Under the pieces are notes generated by a model. That model was given only the letters and a program-made list of their open reading frames with translations, was not told where the DNA came from and did no database searches. A stretch of 64,000 nucleotides of DNA from a virus (lineage: Duplodnaviria > Heunggongvirae > Uroviricota > Caudoviricetes), in the IMG/VR virus record IMGVR_UViG_3300044929_000080; one strand, given 5' to 3'. Position 1 is the first letter of the stretch; every line of letters begins with the position of its first letter. Positions 29,478-38,333 of this stretch are shown piece after piece. A program made the translations under genes and the position numbers.

Positions 29478-30097
29478 CGGATCGAGAAATTCAACGTATT
29501 CATGTCGTATCCGCTCTGGATCAACGCCTCAAGCAGCGTTTCTGAAGGCTCCTTCGGCCCAAGCATACGCTGAATCTCCACATGACCATAACCCAAACGC
29601 CCCCACTCTTTCTCCAATCGCTCACGGCCCGGATTGTTTGCGTCCCATTCTTCGAATGCATTGCTCAAGACGCGCGCGTCGGATTGATTAGCTCCTGATC
29701 CACCCCAGGAATAGCAAAGTTGCTTTGTATATTTATCTTCTGGAGGACAACCCCAATATACCCGAAGCGCTCCTGGTTTAGCTTTCTTCAATGAGAAACG
29801 CTTGGGAAGCTTTTCTGGAGTATCTTCAACGGGTTTTAGCGCAACCGAAAACTTCAAAGTTGTTATATCGTATCCACGCTCTTTGAGAATGGAGACAAGA
29901 TTTGGCTCCCTCATACTGTCCTCGAAAATAGACATCAACATATTAACGTCACGTCCACTCGTTCCATCTCCACCGTGGGCGTAGACAAGGCTTGGATAAC
30001 TGAAGAAATCAAGTTTACCCCAGGCAATTTTGAGAGCGCGGGGCTTCGCATCGATCTGATAAATACGACGACGTTTAATTATATTAGTATCAGACAT
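29459..30097 (-). CDS. hypothetical protein with internal tandem duplication
   Basis: Two repeats of GGxGxSxxDxxxLxxxFE...LxxxGYDxxTLxFS within 212 aa. Confidence 0.5.
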   Translation of the reverse strand: MSDTNIIKRRRIYQIDAKPRALKIAWGKLDFFSYPSLVYAHGGDGTSGRDVNMLMSIFEDSMREPNLVSILKERGYDITTLKFSVALKPVEDTPEKLPKRFSLKKAKPGALRVYWGCPPEDKYTKQLCYSWGGSGANQSDARVLSNAFEEWDANNPGRERLEKEWGRLGYGHVEIQRMLGPKEPSETLLEALIQSGYDMNTLNFSIRQKDAA

Positions 30098-30353
30098 TTT
30101 CTACCCCGTAGACGAAATGGTTCACAAACTAAATAAGGATTAATTCATCATGGTAATATTAATTCTATTAATCAGGAAGCAGAAATTTTTTATGCATTTA
30201 CGTGGCATTTTACAAAGGAAGGAGTGCAGATGAGATTTATTGCTAAAATATCCTCCAGAACGAAACGTCGTTTCCACCTTGTCGGCCAGGTGTAAACAGA
30301 TACAGCAAATTAACACGATGATAAATGTCTGATAATCCAACGTTTTAAAAAAA

Positions 30354-31316
30354 TCAAAGACATCTATAAATTGGAGTATTCACTGCATCAAGTTTATTTA
30401 CCCATGTCAGATGCTCATCGAAAAGCTGGTCTTCACCACGCCACGTATATGCTGCCAGCACACCGTCCTTCGCTATCGAGAAATCGAGGCAAGCCATCTT
30501 CGGCGAGAGCAAATAGGGCGTTCCGCTCATCCAATAGTGACCGAAGAACGTCAGCTTGTTCGATGCCGCAATCTTCAGATGATCTGGGAGTGAAAGCTCA
30601 GGCAGGTTCTCTAAACCTTCTTCCGGCATGACAGCACTGCGATAATCAGTGGCGTCATCCTTCCACCATTGCAAGCGTGATTTTGTTCTAACGACACCAC
30701 CCTTGTCGGTAAAAGAAAAACCGTCAGGAAGTTCGATCTCCAACCCCTTGGTGACAACCTCAATTGGATCATAAAGGGCATGCCCCTTTTCGAAACTTGC
30801 TAGAAGATCGTCACGATTCATTGACCCATCATCGTTCATATGAGCTTTTAACGCGTTAAGAGAACTCGGATGCCAACATGCATGAGCCGCTCTGAAATCA
30901 TCCGTTTCAAAAGCGACAGCCAACGTCGAAAAGAATTCAACCAACTCTTTATGGAGATTTGAATCTTCACCAACAGCTTCGATGAAGGCTTTATGTTGAT
31001 GACGGTTTTTGGGCCCACGTAGTCGTAAATGTCGGCCGGACTTACTGTCGGGAACTGGTGTTGCATAACCGATTGCGTTGAGTTCGTGATTGCCCATCAA
31101 AACATGAGCTGCGCCAGCATCACGCATTCTCCGAGGGATGTCTATGGAACGAAGTTGGTCAGGACCGCGATCAATCAGATCACCCAGAAAGATAGCCATC
31201 CTGTTGGGATTTGAATGGCGATAGGTCCCGGCCCTGTTTACGTAACCAAGCTTTTCCAGAAGAGATTCAAGTGCATCAGCGTGACCGTGAATATCTCCAA
31301 TAAAATCGTATTCCAT
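30354..31316 (-). CDS. calcineurin-like metallophosphoesterase (ApaH/PrpE-like)
   Basis: GDIHGH, GDLIDRGPD, GNHE motifs. Confidence 0.8.
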   Translation of the reverse strand: MEYDFIGDIHGHADALESLLEKLGYVNRAGTYRHSNPNRMAIFLGDLIDRGPDQLRSIDIPRRMRDAGAAHVLMGNHELNAIGYATPVPDSKSGRHLRLRGPKNRHQHKAFIEAVGEDSNLHKELVEFFSTLAVAFETDDFRAAHACWHPSSLNALKAHMNDDGSMNRDDLLASFEKGHALYDPIEVVTKGLEIELPDGFSFTDKGGVVRTKSRLQWWKDDATDYRSAVMPEEGLENLPELSLPDHLKIAASNKLTFFGHYWMSGTPYLLSPKMACLDFSIAKDGVLAAYTWRGEDQLFDEHLTWVNKLDAVNTPIYRCL

Positions 31317-31566
31317 AAGACCTGCTACTGAAATTTAGATAAATCAATTAGACAGCAATCTCTCGTAAACAGCAACTCTCAACTGTCAGAATTTCTCATA
31401 TCATCCAATTCTTTTTCTATTCCAGAAAGCTCTTTACTTAATTCCGCCAGTTTAATGCCTTCAGGATCGATTGATGGATATGACTTAATCGTCTCAATGT
31501 CTTGAAAAACTTCGGTTTGTCTATCGACTAGATAATCGAATCTGGTGTACGCCATCACAGGAATCC

Positions 31567-32031
31567 TTACCGAGGACGAATGCCAATCAAAGCCGTAGCT
31601 TCTTCCCGGTCAATAAAAATCGAATGATTGATCGTCGTCTCCCCACCGAATTTGAAGTAATGACTTTCGAATCTATATCCTTCTACACCATCACAACGGC
31701 ATTCATATCCCTGATCTTTCATAGAATTCATGAACAATTCTGCTTCATCTGTGGTTGTAGAAACCTGGATCATCAGTTTCATATCCTCACCTGGAGACGG
31801 CTCTGGACGGACACGAATAATTGCTCCAGCTTCCTCAAGTCCAAGTAGGACTTCATAGCTCTCCAGCGGAGTGGGTCCGCTTTTCTGCATAAATCGTTCA
31901 ATATTGAATTCCGGCCGTAAGGGATCATTGTCCCCTTTTTTCGCCGTGTAATTCGGAAAACCAGACCTTGCCATGTTCTGAATGAATCGTAGTCCTTGAT
32001 CACGACTAACCTTGATTTCGATAAAATCCAT
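31567..32031 (-). CDS. hypothetical protein (approx 154 aa)
   Basis: Track ORF (to 32127) overlaps serS 3' end by 29 nt; internal ATG (MDFIEIKV) avoids overlap. Confidence 0.4.
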   Translation of the reverse strand: MDFIEIKVSRDQGLRFIQNMARSGFPNYTAKKGDNDPLRPEFNIERFMQKSGPTPLESYEVLLGLEEAGAIIRVRPEPSPGEDMKLMIQVSTTTDEAELFMNSMKDQGYECRCDGVEGYRFESHYFKFGGETTINHSIFIDREEATALIGIRPR

Positions 32032-32098
32032 CTTCTGCCCCTTGTTCACTGATACGGGAGACGTCCCAGTGACACCTCCCTCGAATTCAAAACCCAAA

Positions 32099-33391
32099 TT
32101 AATTAGGCTGGATAGTCTCAAGCCCACCCATATACGAACGTAACGAGGTCGGAACCGTGATGGTGCCGTCTTCGTTCTGATAATTCTCCATGATCGCGAT
32201 CAGGAGACGCCCGACAGCGACCCCGGAACCATTGAGCGTATGAACGAATTGTGTACCCTTCTGGCCCCTTACCTTGTGACGGGCATTCATGCGACGGGCC
32301 TGGAAGTCACCGCAATACGAGCAGCTTGAAATCTCACGGTAGGTCTTCTGGCCTGGTACCCAGACTTCGATGTCGTAGGTTTTGCGAGCGCTAAAGCCCA
32401 TATCGCCGCCGCAGAGTAGCATTACGCGGTACGGAAGCTCGAAAGCCTGCAGGATAGCCTCAGCAGCGCCTAGCATGCGCTCCAGTTCCACTTCGCCGTC
32501 CTCTTCCTTCACAATCGATACCAGCTCGACCTTATTGAACTGATGCTGCCGTAGAATACCTCGGACGTCACGGCCAGCCGATCCTGCTTCCGAACGGAAA
32601 CATGGCGTAAGCGCAGTAAACCGTAGCGGCAAGCTTTCCGTCTCCACGATCTGATCGGAAACCAGATTGGTAAGCGAGACCTCAGCTGTTGGGATCAGGT
32701 AACGGCCATCCGTCGTTTTAAAGAGATCTTCTTCAAATTTGGGAAGCTGTCCTGTGCCGAACATTGCGGTTTCGCGAACCAGCAGAGGCACCTGACATTC
32801 CTCGTAACCGTGCTTGCTTGCCATATCTAGCATAAACTGACCAAGCGCACGTTCCAGCTTAGCAATACCTCCACGAAGAACAACAAAGCGGGAACCCGAG
32901 ATGCGACCAGCGCTCTCGAAATCTAGACCGCCAAGTTCTTCACCAAGCTCAAAATGCTGTTTTGGCAAAAAACCCATTTCAGGGATCAATCCAACCGTCC
33001 GTACAAGAACATTGTCTTTCTCATCAACGCCAGCAGGTACACTATCGAGTGGCAAGTTAGGGAAAGTGGCAAGTCGATCAATCAGAGCGTCACCAACCGC
33101 TTTCGCTTTAACTTCCAGCGAGGAGATGGCTTCCTTCAAGGTTGCCACATCTTGCTTAAGAGCATCGCCGGAAGCCTTGTCACCTGCTTTATAAAAGGCT
33201 CCAATTTTCGATGAAAGAACCTTTACCTCATGATTTTTGGTTTCAATTTCCGAATTCGATTCATTGACGATATCACGGGAATCGCGAACAAATCCAAAAA
33301 TGAACAGCGCCTCATCACGCGTATAACCACGCTTCTCAAGGCCTGCAATAAATGCTTCCTCATTATCAATAATTGTTTTTGCGTTATGCAT
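32099..33391 (-). CDS. serS: seryl-tRNA synthetase (class II)
   Basis: N-terminal coiled-coil arm. Class II motif 2 FRSEAGSAGRDVRGILRQHQFNKVELV. GQLPKFEEDLFK. Motif 3 region GSGVAVGRLLIAIMENYQ. Confidence 0.9.
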   Translation of the reverse strand: MHNAKTIIDNEEAFIAGLEKRGYTRDEALFIFGFVRDSRDIVNESNSEIETKNHEVKVLSSKIGAFYKAGDKASGDALKQDVATLKEAISSLEVKAKAVGDALIDRLATFPNLPLDSVPAGVDEKDNVLVRTVGLIPEMGFLPKQHFELGEELGGLDFESAGRISGSRFVVLRGGIAKLERALGQFMLDMASKHGYEECQVPLLVRETAMFGTGQLPKFEEDLFKTTDGRYLIPTAEVSLTNLVSDQIVETESLPLRFTALTPCFRSEAGSAGRDVRGILRQHQFNKVELVSIVKEEDGEVELERMLGAAEAILQAFELPYRVMLLCGGDMGFSARKTYDIEVWVPGQKTYREISSCSYCGDFQARRMNARHKVRGQKGTQFVHTLNGSGVAVGRLLIAIMENYQNEDGTITVPTSLRSYMGGLETIQPN

Positions 33392-33437
33392 TGTCTTATT
33401 CCGTTTTCGATTTCCTAAGTTCGCGTCAAATGGATAA

Positions 33438-33980
33438 TTAAATAGACACGTCTCTCGTCTTTTTAAGAGATTTGGAAATCATAGATCGAAGCTGGTCACG
33501 ATAAAGACCATCGTCTTTTTTCTTTGGCTTGAAATAGCCCCAGTTGTCAAGAAATCCGAGAAATTGCTGATGCTGCTCATGCGACAGCTTTAGAATTTCC
33601 CCCATAAAGCTATGCATGACAACAACACGAGGGTCGCCCTCTGGAGAAACAGTGATTGTCATCGATGAGCTAGTGTTTTCATCAATTGTATCAACAAGTG
33701 AACCGACAAACTCCGGACGATCATGGTTCTTTGCAAACCAAGGAAGTAATTCGCCGCAATCGATAATCGGAACATATTGAACAGCGCCATCACTTTCATC
33801 AACACGCGTGATAATGCCTTGGCTTACTAGAATATCCAGCGCAATTTGTGCGCGCTTGGAAGGACGCACGGCCTTCATGCCAAATCGAAGTGTGCCTTTA
33901 TTGGGCTCAAGCATACCAAACCAAGCCGCACAAATTGCCTTAACTTCATCAGTTAGATTTTCAAACTTTTCAATGCTCAT
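33438..33980 (-). CDS. hypothetical protein (180 aa)
   Basis: ORF between serS and ParB-like gene, same strand. Confidence 0.45.
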   Translation of the reverse strand: MSIEKFENLTDEVKAICAAWFGMLEPNKGTLRFGMKAVRPSKRAQIALDILVSQGIITRVDESDGAVQYVPIIDCGELLPWFAKNHDRPEFVGSLVDTIDENTSSSMTITVSPEGDPRVVVMHSFMGEILKLSHEQHQQFLGFLDNWGYFKPKKKDDGLYRDQLRSMISKSLKKTRDVSI

Positions 33981-34075
33981 ATCTAAAATCCTCTTCGCGG
34001 GGATTTAAACACCATTGCGCTTAAAACATCAACTGAAAATGTCATTATTTATTCGGAATTATTAAGTACGCATTT

Positions 34076-34618
34076 TTAATTATGGTAATTCGTATTTTCC
34101 TCAGCGGATAAAGTCTGGTATTTGGGGATAATTATGCCAAGGGAGACAACAGAGCCACTTAAAAAACCACCGAGTTCGACATTAATTCCATTATCGCCAC
34201 GATAAATAGCAGCAGCCAATCGATGATGGCCATCAAATAAACTAATTGGCAAATAATCACTGCCATTCAATTCAATTCCAATTGGCTCATCGAAACCATA
34301 ATGCACAAGGAATGCAATCCGGGCTTCATGTTTGGCAGCGCCCCATGATCTTTCATGAATGGCAAATTGTGCTGAATATGGTTCGGCTTCGAAACGCAAG
34401 GCTTCAATGGCAACCTTCACTCCATTCATCGTCACGCCTTTGCCATCGTGCCAAGGTGAGTTTTCAAATGGGTTAAACTCAGCTAGACGATCAAGAGGAA
34501 GGCTACCAATCAGCCTATCTTCACTATCAGGATGAAATTCAATGAGATTTTCAACACCGCCCCAACGTTCGGCATCTTCTAACGGAATAGTTTCGACCAA
34601 ATTTTCATCCATCACCAA
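34076..34618 (-). CDS. ParB/Srx-fold domain protein (ParB-like nuclease domain)
   Basis: DGHHR motif (ISLFDGHHRLAAAIYRG) typical of ParB N-terminal/sulfiredoxin fold. Confidence 0.55.
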   Translation of the reverse strand: MVMDENLVETIPLEDAERWGGVENLIEFHPDSEDRLIGSLPLDRLAEFNPFENSPWHDGKGVTMNGVKVAIEALRFEAEPYSAQFAIHERSWGAAKHEARIAFLVHYGFDEPIGIELNGSDYLPISLFDGHHRLAAAIYRGDNGINVELGGFLSGSVVSLGIIIPKYQTLSAEENTNYHN

Positions 34619-34818
34619 GCCTCAATAATAGCGAACGGGTTTACCGTAGCCCAAACAAGACCATCATACTCGACCAGATGGTGTTCTCCAAACTGATCCA
34701 GAACATTAAAGACGCCTGGTTCCGCATAAGGTTGCGTTTCGCCGACGAACTGGACCTTGCGCCCAAGATCGTCATCCATAACCGACATTTCGATGTCGTC
34801 ACCAAGCTTGGGCTTCAT
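34612..34818 (-). CDS. small hypothetical protein (start uncertain)
   Basis: Track ORF 34612..34986 overlaps 34799..35821 by ~190 nt; an internal Met start is assumed. Confidence 0.25.
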   Translation of the reverse strand: MKPKLGDDIEMSVMDDDLGRKVQFVGETQPYAEPGVFNVLDQFGEHHLVEYDGLVWATVNPFAIIEAW

Positions 34819-35821
34819 TTGCTTTTCCTTCCAAGATTCCCGCATCAAGTAGCCCCTTCTCGGTGACGACATAACCGACACCACCGCGCTCGATCCAATC
34901 GGCGGCAAGCAATTCATTGATCTCACCGTTACTAATGTCGAACGCACCGCATCTCGCACGAGGATTGGATCGCTTACTGTAAGCATTCAGGCCACCCGCA
35001 GAATGAGCATATGCAAGCAGCTTTTTGCGTTTAGGGGTCATCTTGATCGTAGCGACATACGCGTCACGAATAGCCTTCTTCTTGGCTTCTTCAGCCTGGT
35101 TCAAGGCAGTTGAAATTCTCTCCGAGATCGCAATCACATCGGGGATGGTGGCGATATCGCTCACTTTGACATCGAATTCATCCGTCTCAAGCCCGTTCTC
35201 TTGCAAGATCGAGTGAACGAGAGCTTTATGCTGAGGATGAAATTGAAAGAGATGGCCGCAGGAAGTTTCGACCGAATACGGGCCAGTTGGCTCTTTAAAA
35301 GAGACCTGCATCAAGTCGCCTTGAGAGTTTTTGACACGCAGGAATCCACGACCAAATTCAAATCCAGTGGGTCGCCCTTCAAAACGTGATCCGCCTGCGG
35401 CGACAAATGCGTCGAAGATTGGCTGTGCGGCAATGGATTCAGCATCATGATCCCGCGCACGTTCTGCAGTGACTTGATCCAGATGGCGAGCGATAGCCGC
35501 CGAGTCATGCTTACCGTACGTATGGCCAACGAATTTCAAACAGTCGTTGACTGAATTTCCTTCGCAGCGAGGTTCATCGAGGCGACCGATGATAACAATT
35601 CTGTTCGCCTCAGTGGTGCCGACATTCCAGTCGTAAACAACACTGTTCCCAAGACCTGCATAGTCGAGACCTTGCACAAAAGATTCAGCTGTCCTGCTAT
35701 CTGTGAACGAATGAATTTCAACCAGAAACGACGGAAGCTGATCAACCGATGTCAGCGGCTCACCGTCTAGCGCGGAGATGCCTGTATTGTTACCCGGATT
35801 AGCGAACAGCTCGGCCATCAC
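34799..35821 (-). CDS. hypothetical protein (340 aa)
   Basis: Long ORF in minus-strand array; 4-nt overlap with upstream gene. Confidence 0.5.
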   Translation of the reverse strand: MMAELFANPGNNTGISALDGEPLTSVDQLPSFLVEIHSFTDSRTAESFVQGLDYAGLGNSVVYDWNVGTTEANRIVIIGRLDEPRCEGNSVNDCLKFVGHTYGKHDSAAIARHLDQVTAERARDHDAESIAAQPIFDAFVAAGGSRFEGRPTGFEFGRGFLRVKNSQGDLMQVSFKEPTGPYSVETSCGHLFQFHPQHKALVHSILQENGLETDEFDVKVSDIATIPDVIAISERISTALNQAEEAKKKAIRDAYVATIKMTPKRKKLLAYAHSAGGLNAYSKRSNPRARCGAFDISNGEINELLAADWIERGGVGYVVTEKGLLDAGILEGKANEAQAW

Positions 35822-36219
35822 TCCACGCCTCCTGGCTTGTCAGGATCTTCGGGATGACGTTCATAGCGAATATGATATTTTGCCAAAGACAGTTTTTCTG
35901 TTCCAATTATACGAACGATTTCACCATAAGTTAATTCATACTCGGCAACGGCCACATTAAAAATATTCCCGACACCCTTAACAGCGCTCATCAATGGATC
36001 GCTTGCAAGAGGATGATCAGACCATTTCAAAGTAGCTTCCCGCTCTGACATGTCATGGCGTCCAGCATCAATCCAAAAACGTTCTATCTCATTCCAGATA
36101 TAATAAATATCCATATATGAAAATTCGCCAACACTAGAAATATAATTTTCAACCGCACATAGAATTTGGGTTTCGGCTTTTTTAGCTTCTAATTCTCGCT
36201 TATGAATTTTCATTCTCAC
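35818..36219 (-). CDS. hypothetical protein (133 aa)
   Basis: Overlaps downstream gene by 4 nt (coupling). Confidence 0.4.
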   Translation of the reverse strand: MRMKIHKRELEAKKAETQILCAVENYISSVGEFSYMDIYYIWNEIERFWIDAGRHDMSEREATLKWSDHPLASDPLMSAVKGVGNIFNVAVAEYELTYGEIVRIIGTEKLSLAKYHIRYERHPEDPDKPGGVE

Positions 36220-36233
36220 AACTCCAATATTCT

Positions 36234-37052
36234 TTATGCAGCGATTTCTACGTATTCATTCATATTATTATCGAACACAGTGCCAAGACCGCGATCAAGC
36301 AGGACAGGTTCGACGTCGACAACAGACTTGAAACTGCCATCCGTCTGGAAAAAACGGAACGAGCCGTTATCGATAGCTACTGCCGTTAGGCGACCGCTAT
36401 GATAAGCACCCGTATCAATCGAAATGCGATTTTCCGTGACGACTGGAAGGTCGCCAACGACAGTGTGTCCGTGAACAATAATGTTCTGAAGACGCCCAAC
36501 ATGATCCAGAAACGGGTCCCTGATCCACATCAGGTTCTTTTCCGTCTGATCTGTTAGGGAAACCATTGGATCGATGCCAGCGTGGGCGAAAACGATACCG
36601 TCAACAGTTACCATTGGCTTGGCGTTCGCAAACATGCGCAGATGATCTCCATGCATGGTACGCACAAACTCCACTGCCTCATTTAGGTCGCCTGGATAAT
36701 ATGAAGCCAATGTTTCCATACCACCGCGAGACATCCAAGCCGCTGCATATCTGCGATCCTGTTCAAATACAGCTTTCAGAAAAAGGTCATCATGATTGCC
36801 CTTAAGAACAATTGAACCTTCATAATCGATGAGAGCTTCTGCAACGGCATCCATGGCCTGACGGGATTGAGGCCCCTTATCGCAGATATCACCTAAAAAA
36901 ATAAAAATGGGAGTGGCGTCATGAATTGCAGCATCTGCAACAGCATGCGCCATGATCGCGTTTAGAAGATCAGCGCGACCATGGACATCACCAATTGCAT
37001 AAGTGATTTTCTTTGACATTTCTCGCCCCTTTGGATGCGAGATTAATATCAT
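36234..37052 (-). CDS. calcineurin-like metallophosphoesterase (Ser/Thr phosphatase / ApaH-like)
   Basis: GDVHGR, FLGDICDKGP, GNHD motifs. Confidence 0.8.
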   Translation of the reverse strand: MILISHPKGREMSKKITYAIGDVHGRADLLNAIMAHAVADAAIHDATPIFIFLGDICDKGPQSRQAMDAVAEALIDYEGSIVLKGNHDDLFLKAVFEQDRRYAAAWMSRGGMETLASYYPGDLNEAVEFVRTMHGDHLRMFANAKPMVTVDGIVFAHAGIDPMVSLTDQTEKNLMWIRDPFLDHVGRLQNIIVHGHTVVGDLPVVTENRISIDTGAYHSGRLTAVAIDNGSFRFFQTDGSFKSVVDVEPVLLDRGLGTVFDNNMNEYVEIAA

Positions 37053-37142
37053 TATTTAAATGGATGTCAACAAAATAGATTAATTTAAAGACAGAAATTC
37101 TTATAATTAATTATATAATTACTGATGTAACTCCTATTATCC

Positions 37143-37700
37143 CTAGCCACTCTTTTTCATATTTTCAAGGTCTATTTCTTCCATCATTTTTGTTAGCATT
37201 TTTGCATCAACGTTGCTTTTGTCGACCTTCGATTCTAGAGCTTCGATATCCTTTTTCAGGACATTAATTCGGTCGTTGTAAAATTCGGCACTTGAAAGCG
37301 CGTTTTTCGCAGCCTTTTCGATAGCTTCACGTTTATTCGTGTAGTGCGAATCGTCATACTGAAGAATACCGGAATGCGTGGTGTTAGGAAATCCGAGTTT
37401 CTCTGCCTTATCTTCGACGATCTGGCTGCCGTCCCATGTGTAGACAGTGGTCGATTCCGTGAATTCGTCAGCGCTATTCAGAAGATTAACGAACAGGTTG
37501 GAATCGGAATTGATTTCATCCTGATACCGCATAAGCTCGCCTTTCCGATCCCAAAGATCATCGTATGGCTTGATAATCACACCTTCGGCAGATATGCCAA
37601 TCAAATCATGAACCATGGGCGACCCGATATAAACAATGTCACCAACTTTATGTACGATATGGCCAATATTGTAATGTTTCTTGATGGCTTTAACGCCCAT
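37143..37700 (-). CDS. hypothetical protein, tandem paralog 1
   Basis: Shares IKxxYxIxH...IGSP...EGVI and LG(F/Y)PN(T/A)TH(S/E)G(I/L)L motifs with 37729..38262. Confidence 0.5.
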   Translation of the reverse strand: MGVKAIKKHYNIGHIVHKVGDIVYIGSPMVHDLIGISAEGVIIKPYDDLWDRKGELMRYQDEINSDSNLFVNLLNSADEFTESTTVYTWDGSQIVEDKAEKLGFPNTTHSGILQYDDSHYTNKREAIEKAAKNALSSAEFYNDRINVLKKDIEALESKVDKSNVDAKMLTKMMEEIDLENMKKSG

Positions 37701-37728
37701 GTTTTTCTCCTGTGTTTACATAATAAGA

Positions 37729-38262
37729 TTAGTTCATTGCCTTCAACGTCTCGACCTGTTTAGCATATCGATCACGCGCATCAGTCTCTTTGACAAGTTC
37801 CTTGGTAAGTTCATCAATCCGTCTAACTGACCACTTGAAAGCAGATTCCGAATTTTCCAGTGCCCATTCAATGACTTTAGAACGATCTGTAGAAAAACGA
37901 TTTTCGTACATCAACAGGCCTTCATGAGTAGCGTTTGGATAGCCAAGGTTCTCACAAAAATGCTCTGTTATCTCAGCTTCATTATAAGAAAAAACACGAA
38001 TTGATCGCTCGAAGACGTCTTTCATATTTATTAATTCGCGTAATTTCACTGGATCACTGACTAGTTCTTCATAAATGCGATCAAGTTCACCACCTAAGCG
38101 AGAAAAAACTCTGTTGATTTCCTGAATCACGCCTTCATTATCGAAAACAATAATATTCGGAATATATGGTGACCCAATTCTGAACAATCCATTCTGAACA
38201 TCTATGTTGTGCTCAATACCATAGTACTCTTTAATCGATTTCCACCCCATGATTTGCTCCAT
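37729..38262 (-). CDS. hypothetical protein, tandem paralog 2
   Basis: Paralogous to 37143..37700. Confidence 0.5.
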   Translation of the reverse strand: MEQIMGWKSIKEYYGIEHNIDVQNGLFRIGSPYIPNIIVFDNEGVIQEINRVFSRLGGELDRIYEELVSDPVKLRELINMKDVFERSIRVFSYNEAEITEHFCENLGYPNATHEGLLMYENRFSTDRSKVIEWALENSESAFKWSVRRIDELTKELVKETDARDRYAKQVETLKAMN

Positions 38263-38333
38263 ATATTTTCACTAATAATGATTTAAATAAGACCGCTTTG
38301 CTTATTGGAATCTTCGTTTTTTTGTTGCTTTAA

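Noticed and set aside
30140-30340. 66-aa ORF in the 256-bp spacer between 29459..30097 and 30354..31316
   Set aside because: AT-rich spacer with promoter-like sequence, Cys/Ile-rich translation typical of AT-rich noise, no RBS.
34612-34986. Full-length 124-aa ORF
   Set aside because: Overlaps the 3' ~190 nt of the 340-aa gene on the same strand; an internal Met start is more plausible, retained only as a low-confidence short CDS.
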